Positions 1 to 9,046 of a stretch of 64,000 bases of DNA are shown piece by piece. Origin of the DNA: Methanobacteriota archaeon (GTDB lineage: Archaea > Thermoplasmatota > Thermoplasmata > SG8-5 > JAGLSY01); contig JAEHCO010000001.1 in the NCBI GenBank assembly GCA_020697715.1, positions 480,001-544,000 on the forward strand, read 5' to 3'. The notes under the pieces were generated by a model. That model was not told the origin of the DNA. It did not search any database and saw nothing but the letters and a program-made list of their open reading frames with translations. Each line of letters opens with the position of its first letter. Position 1 is the stretch's first letter. Position numbers and translations under genes: made by a program.

Positions 1-836
1 GAATCCAATGCCTCGGCCACTACATCCATCTTCTCCAATTCAATAAGTGAAAGGGTTGTGGAATAAGCACTATTGGCCATGCTCCACGTCGTATAATCGT
101 CAATGAACCTCTCTCCAAAATCCTTTGGTAGGATATCAGGATCATCCTTCAGGATATTGAGGATCTTGTCATAGGGCCAGCCAGCCAAAGGCACGTCCTT
201 CTCAGACCCAATGGCGTATTCGGCATTTCCTCTGAGCTGGTAGAATAATTCCAACATACCCATCTGGCAAGCGTCCATGCTGATGATGTCTATATCCACG
301 ACATCTTCGGTCGCCGTCAAAGCTCCTTTTAGCTCGACCGCGGACAGCTTATCCCCTTTATCCGGGCAGACACCGGTCCATCCATTTCCATGACCCCACA
401 GGTCCAGCAAATACCGCTCCGCGGGATATTCATCGACAGCCCATTCGATGAATCTTGTTAGAGTGTCTGGATCACCCATTTCCATCTCATTGCTCCAGCT
501 CGTGTCGATATCTTCCATGGGGATGGCATCGGTTCCATTTTCGACAATATGAAATACATTGGAATCCCCAACTCCGGATCTATCTGCCAGGACTATTATT
601 TCCAGACCGTCGCCAGACCCGATATCCATCATCTCTTCCAGATCGGCGGCGACATTATCACTCAATGAATTGTCTCCGGACATGTACACCATCACGGTCC
701 ATCCAGCTATATCGTCGGCTCTGGTGCCTCCACTGGCATGAGTAAATGAAGGCCCTATCAACATGAGAATTAATAGTACGATCACAAAGATCCCAGCTTT
801 CGAATCAGCCCTGGGCCTTTGTGCAAATGGCTTCAA
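1..836 (-). CDS. Clostripain-family (C11) cysteine peptidase, secreted; 3' end beyond the window
   Basis: Absent from the ORF track; translated manually. Hydrophobic N-terminus, then WTVMVYMSGDNSL, MGDPDTL, YLLDLWGHGNGW (catalytic His) and IISMDACQMG (catalytic Cys). The probable TTG start overlaps the cobO stop (TTGA). Confidence 0.85.
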   Translation of the reverse strand, partial: MKPFAQRPRADSKAGIFVIVLLILMLIGPSFTHASGGTRADDIAGWTVMVYMSGDNSLSDNVAADLEEMMDIGSGDGLEIIVLADRSGVGDSNVFHIVENGTDAIPMEDIDTSWSNEMEMGDPDTLTRFIEWAVDEYPAERYLLDLWGHGNGWTGVCPDKGDKLSAVELKGALTATEDVVDIDIISMDACQMGMLELFYQLRGNAEYAIGSEKDVPLAGWPYDKILNILKDDPDILPKDFGERFIDDYTTWSMANSAYSTTLSLIELEKMDVVAEALD

Positions 837-1369
837 AACTCTATCCCCTTCCTTGCCATCATGCCCTTCTGAAATGGATGTTTGATCTCCTTGACCTCGG
901 AAACATGGTCCGCGATCTCGATAAATTTTTCGTGAGCGTATCTTCCGGTGAGCACCAGTTCCATGCTATCTGGCTTTGAAGAAATAAGGTCAAGCACATC
1001 GTCCAATTCGATGAGCTTCCAATCGACAGCCACATTGATCTCATCCAGAATGAGAATGTCACAAGCATCCTCCTCCACCAGTTTCCTGGCATATTCCAAT
1101 CCTTCCCGTGCCAGCTTGATATCGACCTCTGCCGGGTCTTTCTTATCAACAAAATCCGGTCTTCCAAATTGCACGATGTCGAAACCATCCAGCTTTTTCG
1201 CGGTCTCCAATTCGCCATAATTTATCTGGCCTTTCATGAACTGCACCATGATGACCTTGTAGCCGTGGCCAACGGCTCTGAAAGCAAGACCCATAGCGGA
1301 CGTGGTCTTGCCCTTACCGTCACCCGTGATGACCTGGACCAGGCCCAATCCTCTTTCATCTTCCAACAT
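833..1369 (-). CDS. cobO: Cob(I)yrinic acid a,c-diamide adenosyltransferase (CobO/BtuR)
   Basis: VQVITGDGKGKTTSAMG, VQFMKG, ILDEI, ELVLTGR, KHPF..G..ARKGIEF. Start placed at MLEDERG. Confidence 0.93.
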   Translation of the reverse strand: MLEDERGLGLVQVITGDGKGKTTSAMGLAFRAVGHGYKVIMVQFMKGQINYGELETAKKLDGFDIVQFGRPDFVDKKDPAEVDIKLAREGLEYARKLVEEDACDILILDEINVAVDWKLIELDDVLDLISSKPDSMELVLTGRYAHEKFIEIADHVSEVKEIKHPFQKGMMARKGIEF

Positions 1370-1452
1370 CAGACTTACTATGTTAAAGTCAAATATAATA
1401 CTTATCTCAGAAAGATTTAAAAGGCATCGGGGGATTGATAACCCTCGATAAT

Positions 1453-2364
1453 ATGAACATCGAGACATCCATCGCTGGCTTGAAAATGGAAAATCCAACC
1501 ATGCTGGCATCCGGAATTCTGGGCCAGACTGGCCGATCTCTTTTGCGCGTCGCCAAGGAAGGCGGTGCAGGTGCTCTTGTAACGAAGTCGATCGGCCTGG
1601 AAGCAAGAACAGGCCATGGGAATCCTGGTATTCTGGAATTGGATACCGGGCTGCTCAATGCGATGGGACTTCCAAACCCCGGCATTGATGATTTTGAGGA
1701 AGAAGTGCAGATCGCCAGGCGATCGAATGTTCCAATTATCGGCAGTATTTTCGCCTCTTCTCCCGATGATTTCGCTAATCTGGCTAGCAGAATGGCCGGT
1801 CACGGTGCGGATGCTATCGAGCTCAATCTAAGCTGCCCTCACGCACAGGGTTATGGGGTGGAGATGGGCAGTGATCCAATTATTGTAGAATCTATTGTGA
1901 AAACAGTCGTGGAAGCGATCCAAATTCCGGTATTCGCCAAGCTCAGCCCCATGGTGCCAGATATAGCGTCGATCGCCCTGGCAGTGGAGAAAGGCGGGGG
2001 CCACGGGGTAGTCGCGATAAACACCATGAGGGGCATGAGCATCGAGCCCGAAATGGGCATGCCAGTCCTTAGTAACAAAATAGGCGGTTTGAGTGGGCCA
2101 GCTATCAAGCCCGTGGGTGTGAGAGCGGTTTACGAAATAGCACAAAAGGTCAAGATCCCCATAATCGGAGTAGGTGGGATAAACACTGGCAGGGATGCGA
2201 TCGAGTATATCATGGCTGGAGCCAACGCGGTGCAGATCGGAAGCGGCGTGCATTATCGCGGTATCGATATCTTCAAAAAGGTCAGCCAGGAAATTCAAGA
2301 CTTCATGCAGAAAAATAATTACAGCCAGCTTGATGAGATGATAGGCATTGCGGGGGTGAAGTAA
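1453..2364 (+). CDS. pyrD: Dihydroorotate dehydrogenase 1B, catalytic subunit
   Basis: NPTMLASG, TKS, NAMGLPNPG, ELNLSCPH, AINT, GGLSGPAIKP, IIGVGGI. Confidence 0.95.
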   Translation: MNIETSIAGLKMENPTMLASGILGQTGRSLLRVAKEGGAGALVTKSIGLEARTGHGNPGILELDTGLLNAMGLPNPGIDDFEEEVQIARRSNVPIIGSIFASSPDDFANLASRMAGHGADAIELNLSCPHAQGYGVEMGSDPIIVESIVKTVVEAIQIPVFAKLSPMVPDIASIALAVEKGGGHGVVAINTMRGMSIEPEMGMPVLSNKIGGLSGPAIKPVGVRAVYEIAQKVKIPIIGVGGINTGRDAIEYIMAGANAVQIGSGVHYRGIDIFKKVSQEIQDFMQKNNYSQLDEMIGIAGVK

Positions 2365-3167
2365 TGGGCCATCATCATCAAAATGCCAAGATGCACGCGG
2401 TTACCATACTGGCCAATCGCCCCGAGGCCGCTAATATCTTCACATTGGAGATCGACTGGATACCTCGGGACAAACTCCTCGGTGGGCAGTTTGTAATGAT
2501 CTGGATACCAGGTGTGGACGAGATACCAATGAGTCTTTCATCGGCCAATACAACTTCAACATTGACCATCCAGAAGGTGGGTGAGGCATCCGAGACTCTC
2601 GGCCGAATGAAACCAGGCGACAAGATCGGAATAAAAGGTCCCTTCGGCAAAGGTTTTGAACCAACTGGCCAGAATTTACTTTTCATCGCTGGCGGGGTGG
2701 GAATAGCTCCTCTCATGCCCGCTATAGTAACTGCCCAGGAACAGGGGAAGGAAATAACACTGGCCATTGGCGCGGCCAGTGGTGATGCGATCGCTTTCCG
2801 TGATAAACTGACCAGCATGGGCATCGATATCAGAATAGCAACGGATGATGGCTCTGAAGGACACAAGGGTTTTGTCACAACCCTTGTGGAAGAATTACTG
2901 GCAGGTGGAAATTATGATCAAATACTGACCTGTGGCCCGGAGATCATGATGGCCAAACTTTTGGAACTGGCGAATCTGAATAAAATTCCGATCCAATGCT
3001 CCCTCGAGCGCTACATGAAATGCGGAATGGGCATCTGCGGTTCCTGCGATATCGATGGGCTGCAAGTGTGCAAGGATGGCCCTGTTTTCGATGGCCAGAC
3101 ACTTGCAGGGCTTGAGGATTTCGGTAAGAGCAAGAGGGACAGATCGGGGAAGAAGATTGGTTTTTAA
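2364..3167 (+). CDS. pyrK: Dihydroorotate dehydrogenase electron transfer subunit
   Basis: GQFVMIW..EIPMS, GPFGKGF, AGGVGIAP, CGPEIM, 2Fe-2S motif MKCGMGICGSC...CKDGPVF. Overlaps the pyrD stop. Confidence 0.93.
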   Translation: MGHHHQNAKMHAVTILANRPEAANIFTLEIDWIPRDKLLGGQFVMIWIPGVDEIPMSLSSANTTSTLTIQKVGEASETLGRMKPGDKIGIKGPFGKGFEPTGQNLLFIAGGVGIAPLMPAIVTAQEQGKEITLAIGAASGDAIAFRDKLTSMGIDIRIATDDGSEGHKGFVTTLVEELLAGGNYDQILTCGPEIMMAKLLELANLNKIPIQCSLERYMKCGMGICGSCDIDGLQVCKDGPVFDGQTLAGLEDFGKSKRDRSGKKIGF

Positions 3168-3216
3168 CTCATTTATTCTTACTGAGATATTAGTTTGTTA
3201 AGATGGGTGTGGATAA

Positions 3217-3545
3217 GGACTCCGCCCCTGCTTTGATCGGGGCGGGGTTTGATTTGACTCCTCGCTCTCTCAATGTGAGGAGTTTATCTTCTTACTGGAA
3301 CATCGCAACTGTCACTCGAATTCTCATCGAATATATTACCCCGACCCTGCGTCACTCGGGACGGGGCATGTTTGTATTGTTACGTATTCACATTGTTGGG
3401 AACCTGCTCTGCTGGCACATCATTTTTCGCCCTCCCGGCTCCGCCCCCACCCCAATTTCTTCTTTTTAACCTCGCTGTGCTGGCCTGGCTCCAAAAAGAA
3501 GAAGAAGGGTAACAAGAAAAACTCGCCAGGCGCTGCTCGCTCGGC
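3217..3545. repeat. GC-rich intergenic element with several hairpins (REP-like, MITE-like or structured RNA)
   Basis: Stems at 3217-3250, 3256-3284, 3339-3366 and 3457-3503. Two share a CCC-TGCnnnnnTC-GGG loop. Confidence 0.5.
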
Positions 3546-3652
3546 AATATATTGAGAGACTGCATTTACAAAGCCCCGTACCACTTTCTTTATATATTAC
3601 ACAAAATCTTGTACCAACAATCCTTTATAAGCAAATACGATTAGTATAGTTC

Positions 3653-6460
3653 GTGAAGAGTGGAAGAGTAGTTTCAATTATTATCGTGGCCATCATGGTC
3701 TTACCATCATTGGCCATGATGACCTCATCCCAGGAGGTTGGAGAGGCTGGAGAGGTTGATGATCTCGCCTACACACTCCGACTAGCCATGCAGGATGATC
3801 TCAAGACCCTGAATCCACTGGTGGCTGCCGATATCTGGACATGGCACGTGATCCAGTGGATATACGACAAGCCAGTGTATGAGGATATGGAAACAGGCGA
3901 ATTGGTTCCTTACATCGCTTACAAATCCGGCAATTCCTCGGTTCTTTTTGGATATGACCCAGCGGAGAACTGGGCCGATCCAGCAAAGCCAGAAGCTACA
4001 ATTTATTATGACTTCGAGAATGTGAAATTCCATGACGGCCATCAGATGGATATCCGCGATATTTTATTCTCATACCACGCGGCAGCCCGGCACCGGGTTT
4101 GGCGCGGGGATGTCGAATGCCTGGTGGACAATGGCAGCTTCACAAATGGGAATTACACCGATGACAACTGGCTCCACATCGAAAAGACATGGGAGAGTGA
4201 GGATCATATGCAAGCGACTCTCAAATTCACACTCCAGAATCCATATTACAATTTCTTCAGGATCACACTGGCTCCAAGGATTCTGCCATATCATATCTGG
4301 GGAAATACAACTGCCAAGCAAAATATCGACAATGCGAAGATCTGGCTGGATGTTGGCTATGCCCCATCCAGTCTGGATTCATGGAGCTTTGAAAAGGCAT
4401 ACGCATGGGATAATACAGAATCGATTGGTAGCGGGCCTTTCATGTTCGATTCCTGGCATCCCGGGATAAGCTCGAAGATACTCACCTACCGAGATCATTT
4501 TTACAAGGAAGGATTCAAGCATGACCCAGACAATGCCAGGCAGCCGATGATCAATGCTATTGTTTTCAAAATATACAAGACAGCGGAAACATCTGTCTTA
4601 TCACTAAAAAACAACGATATCGATATGCTTTTATGGACAATCCCTCCAACCTTCGTTCAGGAAATAATGAATGATCCAGATCTTGAGGTCAAACAATCTG
4701 CTGAAAAAGGATTTAGTTACCTTGGATATAATATGAGATCTGATAGAAGATCATTCGGCTATGATGAGAATGGAGTAGATATTGGTAAACCACTCAGACA
4801 TGCAATCGCCCACTGTATTGATAAGATGGCCATATCATCAAGATTATTACAGAATTTTGCAATTACAGGTGATGGGCCAGTGTCTTCTATAAGTACATGG
4901 TACAATGATAGCATCCCACATTATTCCTTTGATCCTGAAGGGGCCATAGTCATCCTGAGAGATGCAGGTTATCTATTGACCGATCCAGGAGCCGAGCCAG
5001 GTGTTGGTAATTGGTGGCTGAACCCCGATGGCTCCCATATCGGAAATGGCGATTATGGAAAGATCGAGATACTCACGCCACCTGCAGATTATGACCCCAT
5101 ACAGGCCCAGCCCGGCTTGATGATTGCCAAGCAGATGCAAGATATCGGCCTAAATGCGGAATCCATCGCCATGGACTATGGCACGATCAAAAATCATGTG
5201 CACCAAAGGGATTTCGACATGTACATGCATGATTGGACCATTGCCAGTGATCCCACGGAGTTCTTGTATGATTTCTTCCATTCCAATAATCTGGATGGTC
5301 ATAATCATCCAGGATATTCAAATGCCAGTTTCGATGCCATAATGGATGGGGCAAGGGCAACATGGGATGAGGATGAGAAACTTCAACTGATCAAGGATGC
5401 CCAGGCCTCGCTTGCATATGATCTGCCATATGATGTGCTCAATTTCAGAACCAATATCGAGGCCTATCGTGCAGATCGATTTGATGGCTGGGTGAATGGG
5501 CCAGCTGGATCCATATACAATTGGGGTTCGATCATCGACCTGAGGCCGATTTCTTCGATCACCCACTGGCTCAGTGCCACCCTGGTGAACACTCCCTCGG
5601 CCGTGAGCTCCAATTCCACCGTGGATGTTTCAGTCAAGGTCACCAGCATTGTCAAGCAGGAAGACGGGACATTGGTCCGGACACCTGCGATTGGGGCATT
5701 TGTCGAGATGGCTGTGACAGATGGCACTCTTTCAGAATATAATGGAACCACGGATGCTGGCGGGATATTCAGAACAAGATACACCGCCCCCTTTGTTCCA
5801 TCAATTACCGAATTTGTGAAAGATGGCCACAATATCCTCATTGAAATCAAAAGTGTGGAAATGGATGGATACGAGCCAGCTCCGAATGAACTGACCCTGT
5901 TGACCGCGTACCCTGAAAAAGTGCGATTCCTCACCATAAGGATGGAAGCAGAGCCCGATGTCATAACTGATAATGATACTGCTGGAAATCTAGGTTTGGC
6001 CAGTATTATCGTGATTGTCACAGATCAAGATAATTTCCCTGTAGCAGGAGCCACTGTCGCCATACAGATCGATCCTCAGGGCCCCCCTGTGACACCAATT
6101 ACAGGTCTAACAGACGAATCTGGCATCATGATTTTCCAGGTGAAATCAGTAGATCTTCAAGAGGATCGTGAATACACGGTCAGCACAATAGCTTTCAAAA
6201 ACGGGTACAAGAATGGCACCCAGTCCTCTCAACTTATGATCATAGACAATATTGCTTCGACCCTGGATGTATCTGACCCAGATCTTGACGAAGACCCCGA
6301 ATTTGAAGATCCCGATGAACTTGTTAATGATGGAGAAAGCAGTCTATCACAATCGTCTACTGCCATGAAATTCATATCTGGAATTATAGTACTGGCAATT
6401 GTGTCAATATTGATCCTTCTATCTGCTTTCAAATTCTATCAAGATAATAGAAGACCTTAG
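3653..6460 (+). CDS. Family 5 (peptide/nickel) ABC substrate-binding protein with C-terminal Ig-like domains and membrane anchor
   Basis: Signal peptide; LKTLNP, NVKFHDG..MDIRDILFSY, IGSGPF, YLGYN, LRHAIAHCID. Big_1-like segments (GTTDAGGIF, VTDQDNFPVAGATV) and a C-terminal TM helix. Confidence 0.85.
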   Translation: MKSGRVVSIIIVAIMVLPSLAMMTSSQEVGEAGEVDDLAYTLRLAMQDDLKTLNPLVAADIWTWHVIQWIYDKPVYEDMETGELVPYIAYKSGNSSVLFGYDPAENWADPAKPEATIYYDFENVKFHDGHQMDIRDILFSYHAAARHRVWRGDVECLVDNGSFTNGNYTDDNWLHIEKTWESEDHMQATLKFTLQNPYYNFFRITLAPRILPYHIWGNTTAKQNIDNAKIWLDVGYAPSSLDSWSFEKAYAWDNTESIGSGPFMFDSWHPGISSKILTYRDHFYKEGFKHDPDNARQPMINAIVFKIYKTAETSVLSLKNNDIDMLLWTIPPTFVQEIMNDPDLEVKQSAEKGFSYLGYNMRSDRRSFGYDENGVDIGKPLRHAIAHCIDKMAISSRLLQNFAITGDGPVSSISTWYNDSIPHYSFDPEGAIVILRDAGYLLTDPGAEPGVGNWWLNPDGSHIGNGDYGKIEILTPPADYDPIQAQPGLMIAKQMQDIGLNAESIAMDYGTIKNHVHQRDFDMYMHDWTIASDPTEFLYDFFHSNNLDGHNHPGYSNASFDAIMDGARATWDEDEKLQLIKDAQASLAYDLPYDVLNFRTNIEAYRADRFDGWVNGPAGSIYNWGSIIDLRPISSITHWLSATLVNTPSAVSSNSTVDVSVKVTSIVKQEDGTLVRTPAIGAFVEMAVTDGTLSEYNGTTDAGGIFRTRYTAPFVPSITEFVKDGHNILIEIKSVEMDGYEPAPNELTLLTAYPEKVRFLTIRMEAEPDVITDNDTAGNLGLASIIVIVTDQDNFPVAGATVAIQIDPQGPPVTPITGLTDESGIMIFQVKSVDLQEDREYTVSTIAFKNGYKNGTQSSQLMIIDNIASTLDVSDPDLDEDPEFEDPDELVNDGESSLSQSSTAMKFISGIIVLAIVSILILLSAFKFYQDNRRP

Positions 6461-6492
6461 AAAAAACATTTTTAAGTAAGAACCTTATTGCA

Positions 6493-6768
6493 GTGAGTGA
6501 TAGTGGGCAATTCGATCGCGAGCTGATTAAAATGGATATGGATTCCGAAATGGTCAAGTTCATGCAACCTTTATTTGGTGAAATGGCCGACAAGACCGTG
6601 GAACTGCAGAAGAAGAAACTGGGCATTGATGAGAAGGATCTCAGCTATGATGATTATGTCGTGCTGATAGACTCCATCAGGACAATGTGCAGGACGATGG
6701 CAGGGGACGCTATAGCCAATAAGATATACGAGGGCTTGAAAGATATCCTGGATAAGGAAGTTGCCTGA
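6493..6768 (+). CDS. Small helical hypothetical protein
   Basis: Clean 91-aa ORF filling the gap, 30 bp upstream of the KaiC-like gene. Confidence 0.7.
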   Translation: MSDSGQFDRELIKMDMDSEMVKFMQPLFGEMADKTVELQKKKLGIDEKDLSYDDYVVLIDSIRTMCRTMAGDAIANKIYEGLKDILDKEVA

Positions 6769-6798
6769 TATTCACAAGACCATATTCACATCACAGGA

Positions 6799-8169
6799 AT
6801 GATACCGATGACGAAAAAAGATGACATTTTGAAAGAATTCACTGAACTGCCGGGTGTCGGCATGTCGAAAGCCAAGATACTGTACCAGGGTGGTTTCGAT
6901 TCCATCAAGGCTCTGGAAAAGGCCAGTGTTGAGGAATTGACCAAACTGAAAGGCATCAATAAGAATTTGGCAAATGGTATCCATGAGCATTTTCATCCCG
7001 ATGGTGATGATGATGAAGAAGAAGGCGTTGTTATTGACATTGATATTGATGAAGAAGAGACGAAGGCAGAGCCCGAAATTGAAGAGGAGCCAGACTCAAA
7101 GGAGAAGACCGAGGATGAGGAACTCATGGAACGCGGTCTTGACCTTTATAAGAAAGGCAAATGGGGCCAGGCTTTACAAAGTCTGAAAGAAGCTCTGAGG
7201 GTGAACCCCACCAATGAACAAGCCCACCTGATCACGGGAGATATCTTCTGCGAGCGTGGCAAATTCGAAAAAGCCATGGAATCCTATGAGATACTTATCG
7301 AGATAAATCCGAAAAATGACGAGCCCTGGGTGAAATACGGGGACGCGCTCATGGCACAGGACAGATCGGCCGAGGCCATCACTTGCTACAAGAAAGCTCT
7401 GGAGATAAACGAGAACAATGAGCAGGCCATGGAAAGACTGATGGAAAATGAGAGGATCAAGACCTATGTTGAAGGTCTGGATGAAACCCTGGACGGCGGT
7501 ATACCGGCCAGACATATAGTCCTTGTTTGCGGCAGGGCGGGATCCATGAAATCATCTTTCTGTTACAGCATACTTCATAACCTATCAAAGAAAGAGAATG
7601 TCAAAGGAGTTTATCTCACTCTCGAGCAGAGTAGGGCCAGTCTCCAGAGGCATATGAAGAAACTGGGCTTCGATTCAGAGGGCGCGTCCAATCTCATTGT
7701 GAATGATATGGATGACATGGTCGTCATCGACATCGCTCATCTGAGAAAGGAGACCGATACCACCGAGTTAGATGGTATCGACTGGCTTAATTCCATAATC
7801 ACCCAGATCCAGAATTACAAGAAGGCGTTCGGCTGCGAAGTGATAGTGTTGGATTCACTATCAGCTCTTTACTCACTTACGACTTTCAAGAATCCGAGAA
7901 GTGAATTGTTCTTCTTCTTCGAGAAGCTGAGGGACCTGGGCATCACGGTCTTCATAATCGCCGAGATGTATGATCCTGAAAAGGAGATATTCGGAACCTA
8001 TGGAGTTGAAGAGTTCCTGGCAGATTCCATCATCCATCTTAAGACCGAGAAGTCTGGCAAAGGCACGAATCTATTCCTGGGCGTGGTGAAGATGAGGGAG
8101 ACCAATCATGGAAGGGATTATAACCCGCTCATCGTTGATAAGACCGGGTTCGCCATCGTGCATGATTGA
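6799..8169 (+). CDS. HhH-TPR-RAD55/KaiC-like ATPase fusion
   Basis: N-terminal tandem HhH (ELPGVG, KLKGIN), acidic linker, about 3 TPRs. Then IKTYVEGLDETLDGGIP, Walker A GRAGSMKS, Walker B VIVLDS, EEFLADSIIHL and VVKMRETNH. Confidence 0.85.
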   Translation: MIPMTKKDDILKEFTELPGVGMSKAKILYQGGFDSIKALEKASVEELTKLKGINKNLANGIHEHFHPDGDDDEEEGVVIDIDIDEEETKAEPEIEEEPDSKEKTEDEELMERGLDLYKKGKWGQALQSLKEALRVNPTNEQAHLITGDIFCERGKFEKAMESYEILIEINPKNDEPWVKYGDALMAQDRSAEAITCYKKALEINENNEQAMERLMENERIKTYVEGLDETLDGGIPARHIVLVCGRAGSMKSSFCYSILHNLSKKENVKGVYLTLEQSRASLQRHMKKLGFDSEGASNLIVNDMDDMVVIDIAHLRKETDTTELDGIDWLNSIITQIQNYKKAFGCEVIVLDSLSALYSLTTFKNPRSELFFFFEKLRDLGITVFIIAEMYDPEKEIFGTYGVEEFLADSIIHLKTEKSGKGTNLFLGVVKMRETNHGRDYNPLIVDKTGFAIVHD

Positions 8170-8205
8170 CACTCACTCTGGCAGTAGCATGGAAGGAGTC
8201 ATTGA

Positions 8206-9042
8206 ATGATACCACTGGATAGAGAAGCCTACGGAAAAATCGCCAATCAGTTACGGGCCATTCCTTTCAATACACTTTTTGCCAGGCAGGTGGTCAATGG
8301 CCATATTGATGGAAAAATCTTCGTCGATAATACTTCGGAGCCAAGGTCATTTTACATACTCCATCCTTATGGAATGTCACTACTTTTTGGAGTTATGGAC
8401 AATCCGAAATTCAATGACTGGCTCAAAACCTACATAATGGATCCCGAAGGCAAGAGGACGAAGAACGAATACCTGCAGGTGTATCCAGAGGCATGGGGAG
8501 GATTTGTCAAAAAGATAGCTGGCCCATCCTATCATGGTCTGAGCGATGGCGAAGACCATGATAGAAAGAAGATAGTGGCGGACGAGCGCATTAATTTCAT
8601 CTTCCGCGATCTGAAAGATATTCCCAAAAATTCGGAATGCCAGGTGGTTCAGACAGATGGGGAATTGTTCAATAAAATGGAAGGGACCGTGATCCCTCAG
8701 GAATTCTGGGAGGATGCGGATGATTTTGTTGAGAATTCTGTAGGATTCTCCGCCCTTGTGAATGGCGAGCTGGCATCCACTGCTTTCGCGGCCTTCATAG
8801 TGGAGGATAAGGACATTGACAAAAAATACCTGGAGATAGGGATCGAGACTCTTCCACAATTTTATGGAAGGGGGTTGGCGCAGCAGGCCTGTGCAGGCCT
8901 CATCGAGTATTGCCTGGAAAATGATTACGAACCTGTATGGTCATGCCGTGGCAATAATATCGGAAGTGCCAGGCTGGCGAAAAACCTGGGGTTCGAAGAG
9001 GTATTGAGGCTCGGGTATTGGATGATCAAAGCAAGTGATTAG
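8206..9042 (+). CDS. GNAT-family acetyltransferase
   Basis: C-terminal LEIGIETLPQFYGRGLA...PVWSC..NIGSARLAKNLGF. Confidence 0.85.
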   Translation: MIPLDREAYGKIANQLRAIPFNTLFARQVVNGHIDGKIFVDNTSEPRSFYILHPYGMSLLFGVMDNPKFNDWLKTYIMDPEGKRTKNEYLQVYPEAWGGFVKKIAGPSYHGLSDGEDHDRKKIVADERINFIFRDLKDIPKNSECQVVQTDGELFNKMEGTVIPQEFWEDADDFVENSVGFSALVNGELASTAFAAFIVEDKDIDKKYLEIGIETLPQFYGRGLAQQACAGLIEYCLENDYEPVWSCRGNNIGSARLAKNLGFEEVLRLGYWMIKASD

Positions 9043-9046
9043 CCAG

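Noticed and set aside
455-745. Plus-strand ORFs of 96 and 60 aa
   Set aside because: Antisense shadows of the minus-strand clostripain gene.
1370-1606. N-terminal extension of the cobO ORF
   Set aside because: It overlaps divergent pyrD and the promoter gap; recognisable CobO sequence begins at MLEDERG.
3203-3565. ORFs of 88 and 61 aa in the hairpin region
   Set aside because: No recognisable motifs or RBS; the sequence is better explained as structured non-coding DNA.
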